Positions 37,916-47,303 are shown, numbered from the stretch's first letter. The stretch is DNA of 64,000 nucleotides from an uncultured delta proteobacterium (GCA_963745035.1 CAVUVW010000008.1:25227-89226); one strand, 5' to 3'. Translations and numbers: made by a program. The notes: generated by a model from the letters alone, not told the origin.

Positions 37916-39004
37916 ATGAGCGACAAGAAGCACAAAATCATCGACGGTGACGGCCATGTGGTGGAAAGTCACACCGAGATCGCGGCGCGCATGCCGAAAG
38001 AATACCGCGACCGCTTCGGAGCCGCGCGCGGGCCCTACCCGCCCAACGATCATCTCCACGCCGCCAACGCGCATTTTCTGCCGCCCGGAGCGTTTGCCAA
38101 AGTCGGGCGCGACGGCTGGATCGATTTCATGGAAGACGTGGGACTTGCGAGCGCGGTGCTTTATCCAACGAACGGTTTATCGTTCGGTCGGGTCGTCAGT
38201 TTGGACTGGGCGATCGAGCTTGCCCATGCCTACAACGACTGGATGCACGACGAATACTTGACCAAGAGCAACCGCTTTCAGGCGCTCGGTTTGATTCCAT
38301 TGCAGGAGCCCGGGGAAGCGGTCAAGGAGCTTCGCCGCATCGTCAAGGATCTCGGCTTCTGCGGCGCCATGCTGCCGAGCACCGGCGTAATGGGCGCGCA
38401 AAACCATCTCGGCGACGATAAATACTGGCCGATCTACGAGGAGGCCAATCGCCTCGAATGCTGCATCGGCATCCACGGCGGGGTGCACGATCATATGGGC
38501 TTGGACGACATGACGCCCTACGCTCCGGTCAACGCGCTCGGCCATCCCTTCGGCCAGATGGTCAACTTCGCGGGCATTCTTTTCAACGGCGTGTTCGACA
38601 GGTACCCCAAGGTTCGCTTCGGCTTCATGGAGGCGGGCTCCGGCTGGTTCGTCAACTGCATCGAGCGCTTCGAACGCGCCTGGAACAGCCACGTGCAGTA
38701 CGATCCGCGCGGCCGCTTTCTCAAGCTGCGGGAAAAGGAATCGATCACCGAGTACATCAAGCGCCATATCGACGAGGGTCGCGTCTACGTCGGCGTCGAG
38801 GGCGACGAGCTCACCCTACCCTTCGCCATCAGCGTCGTCGGCAACAAGCCGTTCATCTTTTCCTCGGACTTTCCCCATGAGGTGAACAACGACACCTGCA
38901 AAGAAGAGCTGCAAGAGTTGGACGAGAACAAGCGGCTCACCGACGACGATAAAGACGCCGTGCGCTACCGCAACGCCGAGCGCTTCTACGGCTTGCCGAG
39001 TTGA
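37916..39004 (+). CDS. Amidohydrolase_2 family protein (tandem paralog)
   Basis: IDGDGHVVE, HAYNDW, FMEAG, FSSDFPH; colinear with the upstream paralog. Confidence 0.9.
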   Translation: MSDKKHKIIDGDGHVVESHTEIAARMPKEYRDRFGAARGPYPPNDHLHAANAHFLPPGAFAKVGRDGWIDFMEDVGLASAVLYPTNGLSFGRVVSLDWAIELAHAYNDWMHDEYLTKSNRFQALGLIPLQEPGEAVKELRRIVKDLGFCGAMLPSTGVMGAQNHLGDDKYWPIYEEANRLECCIGIHGGVHDHMGLDDMTPYAPVNALGHPFGQMVNFAGILFNGVFDRYPKVRFGFMEAGSGWFVNCIERFERAWNSHVQYDPRGRFLKLREKESITEYIKRHIDEGRVYVGVEGDELTLPFAISVVGNKPFIFSSDFPHEVNNDTCKEELQELDENKRLTDDDKDAVRYRNAERFYGLPS

Positions 39005-39080
39005 TATCTCTCTCGGCACGGTTGAAATTCCTCAGCCACTTCGAGAGATTTCAGCGCATGCTTCGGGCGAAGTGACAGTT

Positions 39081-39166
39081 CATCATGCCGGCGAACGCCG
39101 CGTCCAGGTTAGGTTTCGATTCAAATTCAAAAACTACATGGATTCCGGCCTCCGCCGGAAATGACG
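39081..39166. repeat. REP/RPE-like palindrome (relative of 5370-5446)
   Basis: CATCATGCCGGCGAACGCCGCGTCCAGGTT...TGGATTCCGGCCTCCGCCGGAAATGACG. Confidence 0.7.
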
Positions 39167-39169
39167 AGC

Positions 39170-39330
39170 ACCGTCGAAGGACTCTTGAAGAGTTTGTCAG
39201 CGACCGACTCAGCGAAGGAGAACGGCGAAAACCAATCCCAAAGCCAAAGGCCAGACGCCGGAGTCGCTCCGCGCGCTCGACGGCAGCGTCATCGACGAGA
39301 TCAAGAAAAGCGGATTTGTCGAGCTAGTTG
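39170..39330 (+). pseudogene. Remnant of the 3' end of an SsuA/NMT1-like SBP gene
   Basis: Encodes ..PKAKGQTPESLRALDGSVIDEIKKSGFVE, resembling the C-terminus NNSILDEIKKSGFID of the SBP ending at 5889. Confidence 0.55.
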
Positions 39331-39402
39331 TGGTCTTTTGAAGGGTGCGGGGATGGAGATGAAGAAGCGGCGGGCACTCAAACGTCAATAACGTCAATTT
39401 AC

Positions 39403-39594
39403 TTACTGGGTATCTCTTCGCTTTACGTTGGAGTTTTTCATCAGCCAATTTTCAATCATCTTTCTCTTAAACCGCCATTGGTTGCCGACCTTGAACGCCG
39501 GCAGCTCTTTGTCGGCCAACAAACGGTAGACGGTAAATTTATCGACGTTCAAGTATTCCGCCACCTGCTCCAAGGTCAGTAGTTGTTCCGGCAT
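39403..39594 (-). CDS. HTH_17 / excisionase-like DNA-binding protein
   Basis: LLTLEQVAEYLNV...TVYRL...LPAFKVGNQWRF. Confidence 0.9.
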   Translation of the reverse strand: MPEQLLTLEQVAEYLNVDKFTVYRLLADKELPAFKVGNQWRFKRKMIENWLMKNSNVKRRDTQ

Positions 39595-39816
39595 ACTCTA
39601 ACTATCCTCGTCATCCCGTAGTGTAAAGTTCGCTTACAATGCCTTTCTGTCCCGGAATTGGGCAAGGATTCATAGTTCAATTGCCGCAGAATAGCAAGCG
39701 CGAGAGCTTACCGAGTCAAGAGCGATCGGCACACGTCGACTGCCGCGCCGGACACGAGCTGAACCGTCAGGTGAATCGGGACGAAGGCGAAAAATAAGCG
39801 CTTGACAGAGATTGGA

Positions 39817-40161
39817 TTACTTCGCCGCGCAGACGGTAATCTCGACCATGGTTCCAGGCGTGAGCACGGCGCCCACGGCGGTGCGCGTCGGCAGATTCGA
39901 CCGATCGACCCACGCCATCCACGCTTCGTTCATCTCGTCTTTGAGACTCGCGTCCGCCATGTACACCGTCGCGCTCACGATGCGCGACTTGTTCGTGCCT
40001 GCCTTGGCGAGAACGGCGTCGATCTTTTGCAGCACCTGAGCCGTCTGGCCTTTCATATCGAGCGATTTGTCATCGGCGACCGTGCCGGAAAGAAAAACCA
40101 GATCGCCGAACACGGCAGCGCTGCAGTTCCATTCCCGCGGATTGATTCTCTGTACGTCCAT
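39817..40161 (-). CDS. RidA/YjgF family (YoaB/Rid2-like) protein
   Basis: GQT.QVL.KID..L..AGT.KS, MNEAW..W, PTR, VEI. Confidence 0.9.
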   Translation of the reverse strand: MDVQRINPREWNCSAAVFGDLVFLSGTVADDKSLDMKGQTAQVLQKIDAVLAKAGTNKSRIVSATVYMADASLKDEMNEAWMAWVDRSNLPTRTAVGAVLTPGTMVEITVCAAK

Positions 40162-40238
40162 GATTCTCTTTCTCCGTAAACGTCTTGAACGATTTGAACA
40201 CGCTATCCGATTATTTGCTTGCTGCCTGTTGCCTTTTC

Positions 40239-41624
40239 TCAGATCGCCGGTCGTCTTTCATACCACTTCATGTGCTGCTGATACGTGTACCCCGCGCGCA
40301 GGACCGAAATCTCATCGAAAGGTTTGCCGACGAGTTGCAGCGCGATCGGTAAATTGTCCGGCGAGAAGCCGCAGGGCACCGACAGGGTCGGCAGGCCGGT
40401 CAAATTGAACGGTCCGTGATATTCCGGCACGACGTGTTTGAACAGAGTGTCGATCGGGCCGACGTCTTTGACCAGCGGCGCCGGACCCGCTTGATTCGGC
40501 AGAGCAAGACAATTCACTTTACCGAAGACCTCAGCCAACTCCGCCCGACAGCGGCTGCGAATACGCTGCGCTTGAATGTAGTCCGCCGAGCCGGTGAGCA
40601 ATCCCAAGTAGATCCGCGCCCGCCGCTGCGGCGCGCCGGTCCGCAGCACCTCGGCTGCATCGCTCTTATGCGCCGCCCAAAATTCGTTGTAATAGATAAC
40701 CGCGTTGGCGATCGTCGCCAAGTGCAAGGCCGGAACTTTAACGTTCTCGATCCGCGCTCCCAGCGCTTTCAATTCCTGGGTCGCCTCGGCAACCAGTTTG
40801 AGCACGATGGGATCCGTGCGCGGGGCGCACTCATCGATGTAGTCTTGCGGCACCCCGATGACCATCCCCTTTATGTCCTCGCGCAACGCGCTTGTGTAAT
40901 CGGCTACCGGAACGTTGCTCGAGGTGGGATCTTTGGTGTCATGCCCTGCGATCGCGTTCAGCATATGCGCCAAATCTTCGACCACGCGCGCCATCGGCCC
41001 GCAGTGATCCAACGACCAACTGAGCGGCGCCAATCCATGGCGGCTCACCCGGCCGTAGGTTCCCTTGAGTCCCGCCAGTCCGCAGAAAGCCGAGGGGTTG
41101 CGAATCGAGCCGGCCGTATCCTCACCCAACGAACCCAGACACAGCCCACCCGCCACCGCCGCGCCGGAACCGGTGCTCGAGCCGCCGGTGATATGATCGG
41201 TGTTCCACGGATTGCGCGGCACCGGCAAGCTACCGTCCGGCAGGCTGCTCATGTGCAGCTTACCCAGCATCACGGCGCCCGCCTCGCGCAGCTTGCGCAC
41301 GGCTGTCGCGTCGCCCACACCCTTGGTGAACTGCCGAATGCGCGCCGGCGCACCGTCGACATCCAATTGGTCTTTCACGGCAACTGGGATGCCGTGCATC
41401 GGACCGCGCCAATTGCCCTTTTGAATTTCCGCTTCCGCCGCGCGCGCTTCAGCCATGGCGCTGTCGGCCATTAGATTGATGTAAGCATGGAGCTTGTCGT
41501 CCACAGCGGCGATGCGATCGAGGACGGATCGCGTCAATTCGACCGGCGAGAGCTTGCGGTCCTTGATCAACTGCTGCGCCTCGTGAATCGATAGGTAATA
41601 GAGCGGTTTTTCAGCAATGGCCAT
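40239..41624 (-). CDS. Amidase signature family enzyme (GatA/AtzE-like)
   Basis: GIPVAVKD, GGSSTGS, GEDTAGSIRNPS; RBS AAGGAG before ATG 41624. Confidence 0.92.
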   Translation of the reverse strand: MAIAEKPLYYLSIHEAQQLIKDRKLSPVELTRSVLDRIAAVDDKLHAYINLMADSAMAEARAAEAEIQKGNWRGPMHGIPVAVKDQLDVDGAPARIRQFTKGVGDATAVRKLREAGAVMLGKLHMSSLPDGSLPVPRNPWNTDHITGGSSTGSGAAVAGGLCLGSLGEDTAGSIRNPSAFCGLAGLKGTYGRVSRHGLAPLSWSLDHCGPMARVVEDLAHMLNAIAGHDTKDPTSSNVPVADYTSALREDIKGMVIGVPQDYIDECAPRTDPIVLKLVAEATQELKALGARIENVKVPALHLATIANAVIYYNEFWAAHKSDAAEVLRTGAPQRRARIYLGLLTGSADYIQAQRIRSRCRAELAEVFGKVNCLALPNQAGPAPLVKDVGPIDTLFKHVVPEYHGPFNLTGLPTLSVPCGFSPDNLPIALQLVGKPFDEISVLRAGYTYQQHMKWYERRPAI

Positions 41625-41660
41625 GGCAGACTCCTTTCCCGTGTCAATCGATACTGAAAA

Positions 41661-41752
41661 AGAAAGATCTCTCACTTCGTTCGAGATGACATTCGTTCGA
41701 TTCGCGCGCGAAAGCCGATTTGTCATTTCGACCGGAGCGAGAAATCTTTCTT
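41661..41752. repeat. REP-like inverted element (AGATCTCTC...GATGACA / TGTCATTTCG...GAAATCT)
   Basis: Arms are mutual reverse complements; same family as 22742-22847 with arms in swapped order. Confidence 0.7.
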
Positions 41753-41757
41753 CTGTT

Positions 41758-41949
41758 TCACTTCGCCGTCCACTCCGGCCGGAACACGGGACCGAGCTCG
41801 TCGGCACCAAGGTTGACGGAGTGAAGCTGTTTCAAATTTTCCATGTAAAGCTCGATGATCTCCGCGAACTGTTCCAAATCTCCCGGCTTGGGTTCCAGCC
41901 CTTCGCGCTTGAGCACCGCCTTTAAGTTTTCTTCGATGAGCTTGTCCAT
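41758..41949 (-). CDS. 63-aa GatC/AtzG-like small protein
   Basis: Helical acidic 63-aa ORF with AGGAGG RBS directly upstream of the amidase; ends LHSVNL.ADELGPVFRP. Confidence 0.6.
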   Translation of the reverse strand: MDKLIEENLKAVLKREGLEPKPGDLEQFAEIIELYMENLKQLHSVNLGADELGPVFRPEWTAK

Positions 41950-41959
41950 GACGTTCCTC

Positions 41960-43759
41960 CTAGCGCGGCTGCGTGATCACGTCCACGACCGCCGGCTTGC
42001 CGCTCTCGACGATCGTAATAGCCTTGTCCAAGGTCGGGCCGAGCTGATCGGGCTCGGTGATCGGACCGAAGCCGTCTACGTGCAGAGCCCGCGCGATCGT
42101 CGCCAGATCCGGCTCCGGTTCTTCGATGCGAATGCCGATGCCCTTGTTGGCGACCGGCCGGTCGCGCCAACGCGCCATGCGTTCCTGATGCTCTTCGTCG
42201 TTATAGTAGGACCGGTTATTCAGCACGACGACCAGCAGCGGAATCTGATACTTCGCGGCGGTCCACAGAGCATTCGAGGTCATCAGGAAATCGCCGTCGC
42301 CAATAATACTCACGCACAGCCGACCGCTTTCCTTGAAACCTAGCGCCGACCCGATCGACGACGGCAAACCGTAGCCGACTCCGCCGCCTCGCCCGCCGCC
42401 CATGCCGTGCGCCGGCTCGGTGACTTCGATCGCTTCGCGCCAGCGCCGGCCATGCGAGGAGACCAGCGCCCAGGATTTGCCCTGCACGCGCTTGTTGATC
42501 TCGGAGAAAAAGCGCGCCTGGGAGATCGGTTTTTCGTTCCAGGTCTTCTCGATCCATTCCTGACTTTTCTTACGCGTCTCGCGATAGATCGATTCGATTT
42601 TAGCGCGGCGCTCCTGCACCTGCCGGGCGGAATCCTTGTTGGCGCCCAAACGCTCGCGTACCTGCTCGAGCAGTTGCGGCAATGCTATCGCCGTATCGGC
42701 CGCGATCGGAACATGCACCGGCAAAAGCCACATGTTGTCGCTGACCCAGCTCTGCTTTTCGAGATCCAGCAAAGTGATATGAATGACTTTACAGGACGGC
42801 GAGATAATCGGCGCGAAGTTGCCGCGCTCGCGCACCGACGGCCCCAACGGCACTCCGAGGCTGGGCACGTCCAAGGCGAGCACCACGTCGGCATTTTTCA
42901 GCGCCTCTTCACGCGCCACGGTCAAGTTCAAAACGTGAGTACTCGGGAAACCGTAGCGGCCGTCAGCGTCGACCACCGGCGCGCCTAGAGCTTCGGCGAG
43001 ATCGAGCAGTGCCGGCAGCGCTTTGGGATTTTTGCCGAGCTCGCCGGCGACGATCGCCGGCCACTGCGCTTCGGCGAGCAACCGTGCGGCGCTGCGGAGT
43101 TGGTCGGGATTGGCGCCCGGTCCCGCGGGCGGCCGGAACAACTGGGCGTGCGGCACCACCATCGACTTTTCGATCTGCGCTTCCTGGACATCGGTATCGA
43201 GGCAAATATAGACCGGCCCGCGCGGCTCGGTCATGGCGAACCGGTACGCCTTCAAGAACGACTCCGCGATGCCGTCCACCGTCGACGGCTGATCATCGAA
43301 CTTGACGTAGTCGCGCACGGCCAAGCCCTGGACCAACGCCGTGTGCACCCAATCGGTCGAACGGCGCTGCGTGGTATCCTGCGGGCCGCCGCCGCCGAGA
43401 TTCAAGATCGGCGTGCGGTCGCACCAGGCGTTGAAGATCGCCATGCTGGCGTGCTGCAAGCCGACGACATTGTGCAGGCCCGTCGCCATGATCTCGCCGG
43501 TGGCACGAGCGTAGCCATTGGCGATCGCCACGGCGATCTCTTCATGGGTGCACATGATCATCTGAATCTCTTTGCCGGCCTCGAAGTTGACCAGCGAATC
43601 ATGCAAACCGCGATAGCTCGCGCCCGGATTGAGTGCGATGTATTTGATGCCCAGCTCGCGCAGCATCTCGACCATCAGATCCGAGCCGTACTGAGCGTTG
43701 CTCTTCCGCCCTATTCCCGCCGCCCAGATTTCGGAAGTTCCCTTAGGTTGTTCCGCCAC
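41960..43759 (-). CDS. Thiamine diphosphate-dependent enzyme
   Basis: NPGASYRGLHDS, HEEIAV, GDGDF...NN ThDP motif. Confidence 0.92.
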   Translation of the reverse strand: MAEQPKGTSEIWAAGIGRKSNAQYGSDLMVEMLRELGIKYIALNPGASYRGLHDSLVNFEAGKEIQMIMCTHEEIAVAIANGYARATGEIMATGLHNVVGLQHASMAIFNAWCDRTPILNLGGGGPQDTTQRRSTDWVHTALVQGLAVRDYVKFDDQPSTVDGIAESFLKAYRFAMTEPRGPVYICLDTDVQEAQIEKSMVVPHAQLFRPPAGPGANPDQLRSAARLLAEAQWPAIVAGELGKNPKALPALLDLAEALGAPVVDADGRYGFPSTHVLNLTVAREEALKNADVVLALDVPSLGVPLGPSVRERGNFAPIISPSCKVIHITLLDLEKQSWVSDNMWLLPVHVPIAADTAIALPQLLEQVRERLGANKDSARQVQERRAKIESIYRETRKKSQEWIEKTWNEKPISQARFFSEINKRVQGKSWALVSSHGRRWREAIEVTEPAHGMGGGRGGGVGYGLPSSIGSALGFKESGRLCVSIIGDGDFLMTSNALWTAAKYQIPLLVVVLNNRSYYNDEEHQERMARWRDRPVANKGIGIRIEEPEPDLATIARALHVDGFGPITEPDQLGPTLDKAITIVESGKPAVVDVITQPR

Positions 43760-43856
43760 TGTTTAATCCTCCGTTCGTTTATCCGGAACTCTTCTCATCA
43801 GAAATTAAGGTGCCGCCCGATCGATGGGATGAGGACCTGACCGAATCCGAATCCAA

Positions 43857-43981
43857 CCTCCTTCCCCTTGACGGGGAGGATTGAGGTGGGGGTGCAAGTT
43901 CATCCAACGTGGCGCATGTCACAACATTATGCTGCCGCAGAAGGCACCCTATCCTAACCTTCCCCCGTCGAGGGGGAAGGA
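43857..43981. repeat. CCTTCCCC...GGGGAGG-type inverted repeat element
   Basis: CCTTCCCCTTGACGGGGAGGATTGAGGTGGGGGTG ... CACCCTATCCTAACCTTCCCCCGTCGAGGGGGAAGG. Confidence 0.7.
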
Positions 43982-44015
43982 ACAATTCATTGGGAGCGCA
44001 ATCGAGTTCAAGCAT

Positions 44016-44050
44016 CCGAACTTCGTGCTCTTCGTGTCCTTCGTGGTGAA
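44016..44050. repeat. Single arm of the CACGAAG repeat family
   Basis: Reverse complement matches 20125-20159 at 34 of 35 positions. Confidence 0.85.
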
Positions 44051-44062
44051 TTGCATGTGTCT

Positions 44063-45025
44063 TTACCGTCCCAATCTCTCCAAGGTCGCCACGTAATCGC
44101 GCACGCCGCGATCGACGTCGTACGCCGGCTCATAGCCTAAATTCCTTTCCGCGGCGGAAATGTCGAAGACGCAGTAACTCTGCTTGCTTCGTCCCAGTTT
44201 GCTCGGGCCCGACCCGAGGTTGATTTTGTGATCGGGAAATAGCTTCGCCGCCGCGTTCAGGAATTCCCTCGGCGTAGACGCCTTACCGGTGCCGATGTTG
44301 AAAGTCCAGTCCTTCGGCGTGGGCGCTTTTGCGGCCAAATAAACCGCGCGCGCCACATCGCCGACGTAGACCGCGTCATTGAGCTGATCGCCGCCCTGCG
44401 GGATGTCCCATTTCTCGCCGTTGCGTGCCTTCTCGATCAATTGACCGTAAAACGACAGCGGCCCGTGGCGCGCCTCCTTGCCGGGGCCGTAGATCGACAC
44501 AAAGCGCAGCGCGATGAACTCGATGCCATAGGTCTCGCGATAGTAACGCCCGAGCTCTTCGCAGCAAACCTTGATCGAACCGTAGAGATCGGCCGGCTCC
44601 TTGGCATGATCCTCGCGCACGGGCTTGCACTCCGGCGGCGCATATTCGCCGCTGATCTCGCCATATGCCGCTTTCGAGCTAGTAAAAACCACGCGCTTGA
44701 TATTTTTCGCCCGCGCGACTTCCAGAACGTTGATTGTGCCCTCGGCGCCGACTCTGATCGCGAGCCGGGGATCGGCCTCCGCCGGTTCGGGCATCAGCGC
44801 GGCCAGATGGGCGATGTGGGTCACGCCGTGCTGACCGACCGCTTTTTCCAAGGCGTCTTTGTCGCAGATGTCGCCGATCACGATATCGACCTGGTCCTTG
44901 ATGTCGCCCATCAAAGTCAGATCCATGCGATTGTCCATCAAGACCGGACGCAAACCATCCTTGACCATCAGGCGCGCGGTCACCGCCCCGTTCACGCCCA
45001 GACCTCCGGTAATCAGCGGTTTCAT
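44063..45025 (-). CDS. NAD-dependent epimerase/dehydratase
   Basis: ITGGLGVNG, HLAA, FTSS, YGSIK, IYGPG. Confidence 0.9.
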   Translation of the reverse strand: MKPLITGGLGVNGAVTARLMVKDGLRPVLMDNRMDLTLMGDIKDQVDIVIGDICDKDALEKAVGQHGVTHIAHLAALMPEPAEADPRLAIRVGAEGTINVLEVARAKNIKRVVFTSSKAAYGEISGEYAPPECKPVREDHAKEPADLYGSIKVCCEELGRYYRETYGIEFIALRFVSIYGPGKEARHGPLSFYGQLIEKARNGEKWDIPQGGDQLNDAVYVGDVARAVYLAAKAPTPKDWTFNIGTGKASTPREFLNAAAKLFPDHKINLGSGPSKLGRSKQSYCVFDISAAERNLGYEPAYDVDRGVRDYVATLERLGR

Positions 45026-45215
45026 TATTAGGCTCCCTTTTTTCGTGGAAGCTTTCTTCTAACCGGTTTCGAGCGCTTTTGTCTAGCGGCGCAACGCAGT
45101 TTGGCGTCCCGGGTCAACACGAGACGTCAGACGCGAGACCGAGACCCTGCTCGCGATTCTATTGACACCCCTTCACGTCGCTTAGTAAAACCAAAGCGGA
45201 TAAGGAGAATAAAAA

Positions 45216-46589
45216 ATGGCTAACTTGAATTCGAACTGGCAACCGCCTGAATTTGTTTCTCGCGAGCAGTGTATCAAGGATACCGAACAGGTATTGGGCA
45301 TGTCCGACATCCCGATCAAAAGCACGGAAGACATCTTTCGCCTCAACGTGCTCGGCATGGACTGGGATCTCGGCATGGTCGTCCACGAGCCGGTGGACTC
45401 GAGTAAAATACCCACGGGCGCCGACGGCAAGAAAGCCGGTTTCTTTCTGCTGCACGGCGGCTCGAGCGACTTCAAAGGCATCGAGCGCCACGCCAAAATG
45501 CTGGCGAGCAAATTCGGTTTCCGCGTCATCGCGGGCACTTTCCCTGGAAGATTTTACTTTCCCGATCCAAGCCGCGATTGGCCAGACGACACGATTCACG
45601 CCGACGGCACCGTGCGCACGCCGATTTGGAAGCAAGGCGAACTGATCACGCCCGACCAGTATGATGTCGTCAAGGATCCGTCAAAGCGCGACCGCTACGG
45701 CACGCGCACTCTTGCGCGCGCCAAGCCGGAAACGAACTTTTGGTATCGCATGGCCGCATGGCCTGCGGCCTTCGAGGAAGGCATGATCGAAGCGTGCCGC
45801 CGCCATTTTCCCGCCAACGAATTCTCGGTTTACGGCCAGGGCCACTCCACCGGCGGGCCTTTTGTCTGCATGCTCTCTCAGCGCATTCCCAATATGGCCG
45901 GCGTCTGCGCCACCGAGCACTCGCCGTTCGGCTACATCTGCAATGGTCGCGACGTCTGGGGCGGCGACATGGGCAAGATCACCGGCTATGACAAGGTCGA
46001 GAAGAAGGGCAAAGGCCGCACCGATCCGTTCAACGAGCTGTATATCCGCACGTGGCGCGATCTCGCCCGCTACCAGGGGCCCGAAGCGCTCGGACAGGAA
46101 GGGCCGTCTGCGTTGATGCGGTTGCCGGCGATCATGGAAGATATTTTCGACGCCTGGGACAAAGCCAAAAACCGCCCGCAGTTCAAAGCCGAGTACATCG
46201 TCACTCACGCCGTCGTCGATTCGCTGGCCGAAGGCGCCCGGGTAAGCGCCGCGCGCTTAAAGATGAACAAAGACGAAACCGACGCGCTGGTGAAGCGTTT
46301 CGTTGGCTATACGCGCGAACTGAGCGGGCCGAACGTCAAGCCGGTGCCGCCCTTTCTCTTCGAGATTTCCAAGGACAGCCGGGATCACAGCTCGGAGGTT
46401 TATGCCGAAGTGATTATGCCCGGCTTCCGCGCCATGAACCCGGCGCCGAAAATCGGTATCACCCGCTTCGGCGCCGGCGTGCACAGCTTCTGGAAGGCGG
46501 AAAAAGATTTACCCGTAGGCATCGTGCCGTCAGTGGTGAAGTCGTGGAAGGAAGCGGTGACCGGCGGGTATTTTGTTAATCAGAACTAA
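45216..46589 (+). CDS. Hypothetical protein, probable alpha/beta-hydrolase fold
   Basis: 457 aa with host-like codon usage; LLHGG, GHSTGG nucleophile elbow, C-terminal GVH. Confidence 0.7.
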   Translation: MANLNSNWQPPEFVSREQCIKDTEQVLGMSDIPIKSTEDIFRLNVLGMDWDLGMVVHEPVDSSKIPTGADGKKAGFFLLHGGSSDFKGIERHAKMLASKFGFRVIAGTFPGRFYFPDPSRDWPDDTIHADGTVRTPIWKQGELITPDQYDVVKDPSKRDRYGTRTLARAKPETNFWYRMAAWPAAFEEGMIEACRRHFPANEFSVYGQGHSTGGPFVCMLSQRIPNMAGVCATEHSPFGYICNGRDVWGGDMGKITGYDKVEKKGKGRTDPFNELYIRTWRDLARYQGPEALGQEGPSALMRLPAIMEDIFDAWDKAKNRPQFKAEYIVTHAVVDSLAEGARVSAARLKMNKDETDALVKRFVGYTRELSGPNVKPVPPFLFEISKDSRDHSSEVYAEVIMPGFRAMNPAPKIGITRFGAGVHSFWKAEKDLPVGIVPSVVKSWKEAVTGGYFVNQN

Positions 46590-46612
46590 ATCCGACGAAT
46601 GAGGAGACGGAA

Positions 46613-47257
46613 ATGAAAATCGAACTTTACTACGCTCCCAACACCTGTGCGCTCGCTCCCTACGTCACGTTGACCGAAGCAGGCGCCGATTTCGAGGTGC
46701 GGCCGCTCAATTACCGCAAGCGGCAGAATATGTCGCCCGAGTACCTGAAGATCAATCCGAAGCACAAGGTGCCCGTGCTCGTGGTCGACGGGAAGATACT
46801 CACCGAGAACGTCGCCATCCATAAATGGGTCCATGAGACCTTTCCCGCCGCGAAGATCCTGCCCAGCGATCCTTGGGAACAATTGCAGGCGATTTCGCTG
46901 CACGCCTGGTGCGCCAGCGGCATTCATCCGTATCTCAGCCGGATCAACAATCCGGCCAAGGTCTGCGACACACCCGGCGCATCCGACAGCGTCGTCAAGT
47001 TCGCGACGGAAGCTCTCGACGAGAACTTCCGGATCGCCGACGATTTGCTGGTCGGGCGCGAGTACTTCTTCGACGATTTCACCGCTCCCGACGCGCATTT
47101 CTTTTGGTGCTGCCGCCGCGCCACCCAGTTGGAGGTGGACATCTCAGGCTTCCCGAGCGTCATGGCGCATTTCAAGCGCATGCAGGAGCGCCCGAGCGTC
47201 AAGAAGCTGCTCGCTTACGAGAAAGAAGTGAACGAGGGGTTTGCCAAGACGGCCTAG
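46613..47257 (+). CDS. Glutathione S-transferase (beta-like)
   Basis: LYYAPNTCAL, INPKHKVPVL, LTENVAI. Confidence 0.9.
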   Translation: MKIELYYAPNTCALAPYVTLTEAGADFEVRPLNYRKRQNMSPEYLKINPKHKVPVLVVDGKILTENVAIHKWVHETFPAAKILPSDPWEQLQAISLHAWCASGIHPYLSRINNPAKVCDTPGASDSVVKFATEALDENFRIADDLLVGREYFFDDFTAPDAHFFWCCRRATQLEVDISGFPSVMAHFKRMQERPSVKKLLAYEKEVNEGFAKTA

Positions 47258-47303
47258 TATCGAACAGCCAATGTTGGGTAACGCTTTTGCCGACGGAGAT
47301 CCC

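Noticed and set aside
39403-39594. Excisionase as a prophage/ICE marker
   Set aside because: No integrase, tRNA, att-like repeat or phage genes nearby.
40239-41949. Amidase + small ORF as gatCA
   Set aside because: No gatB, catabolic context, and a repeat element separates the two genes.
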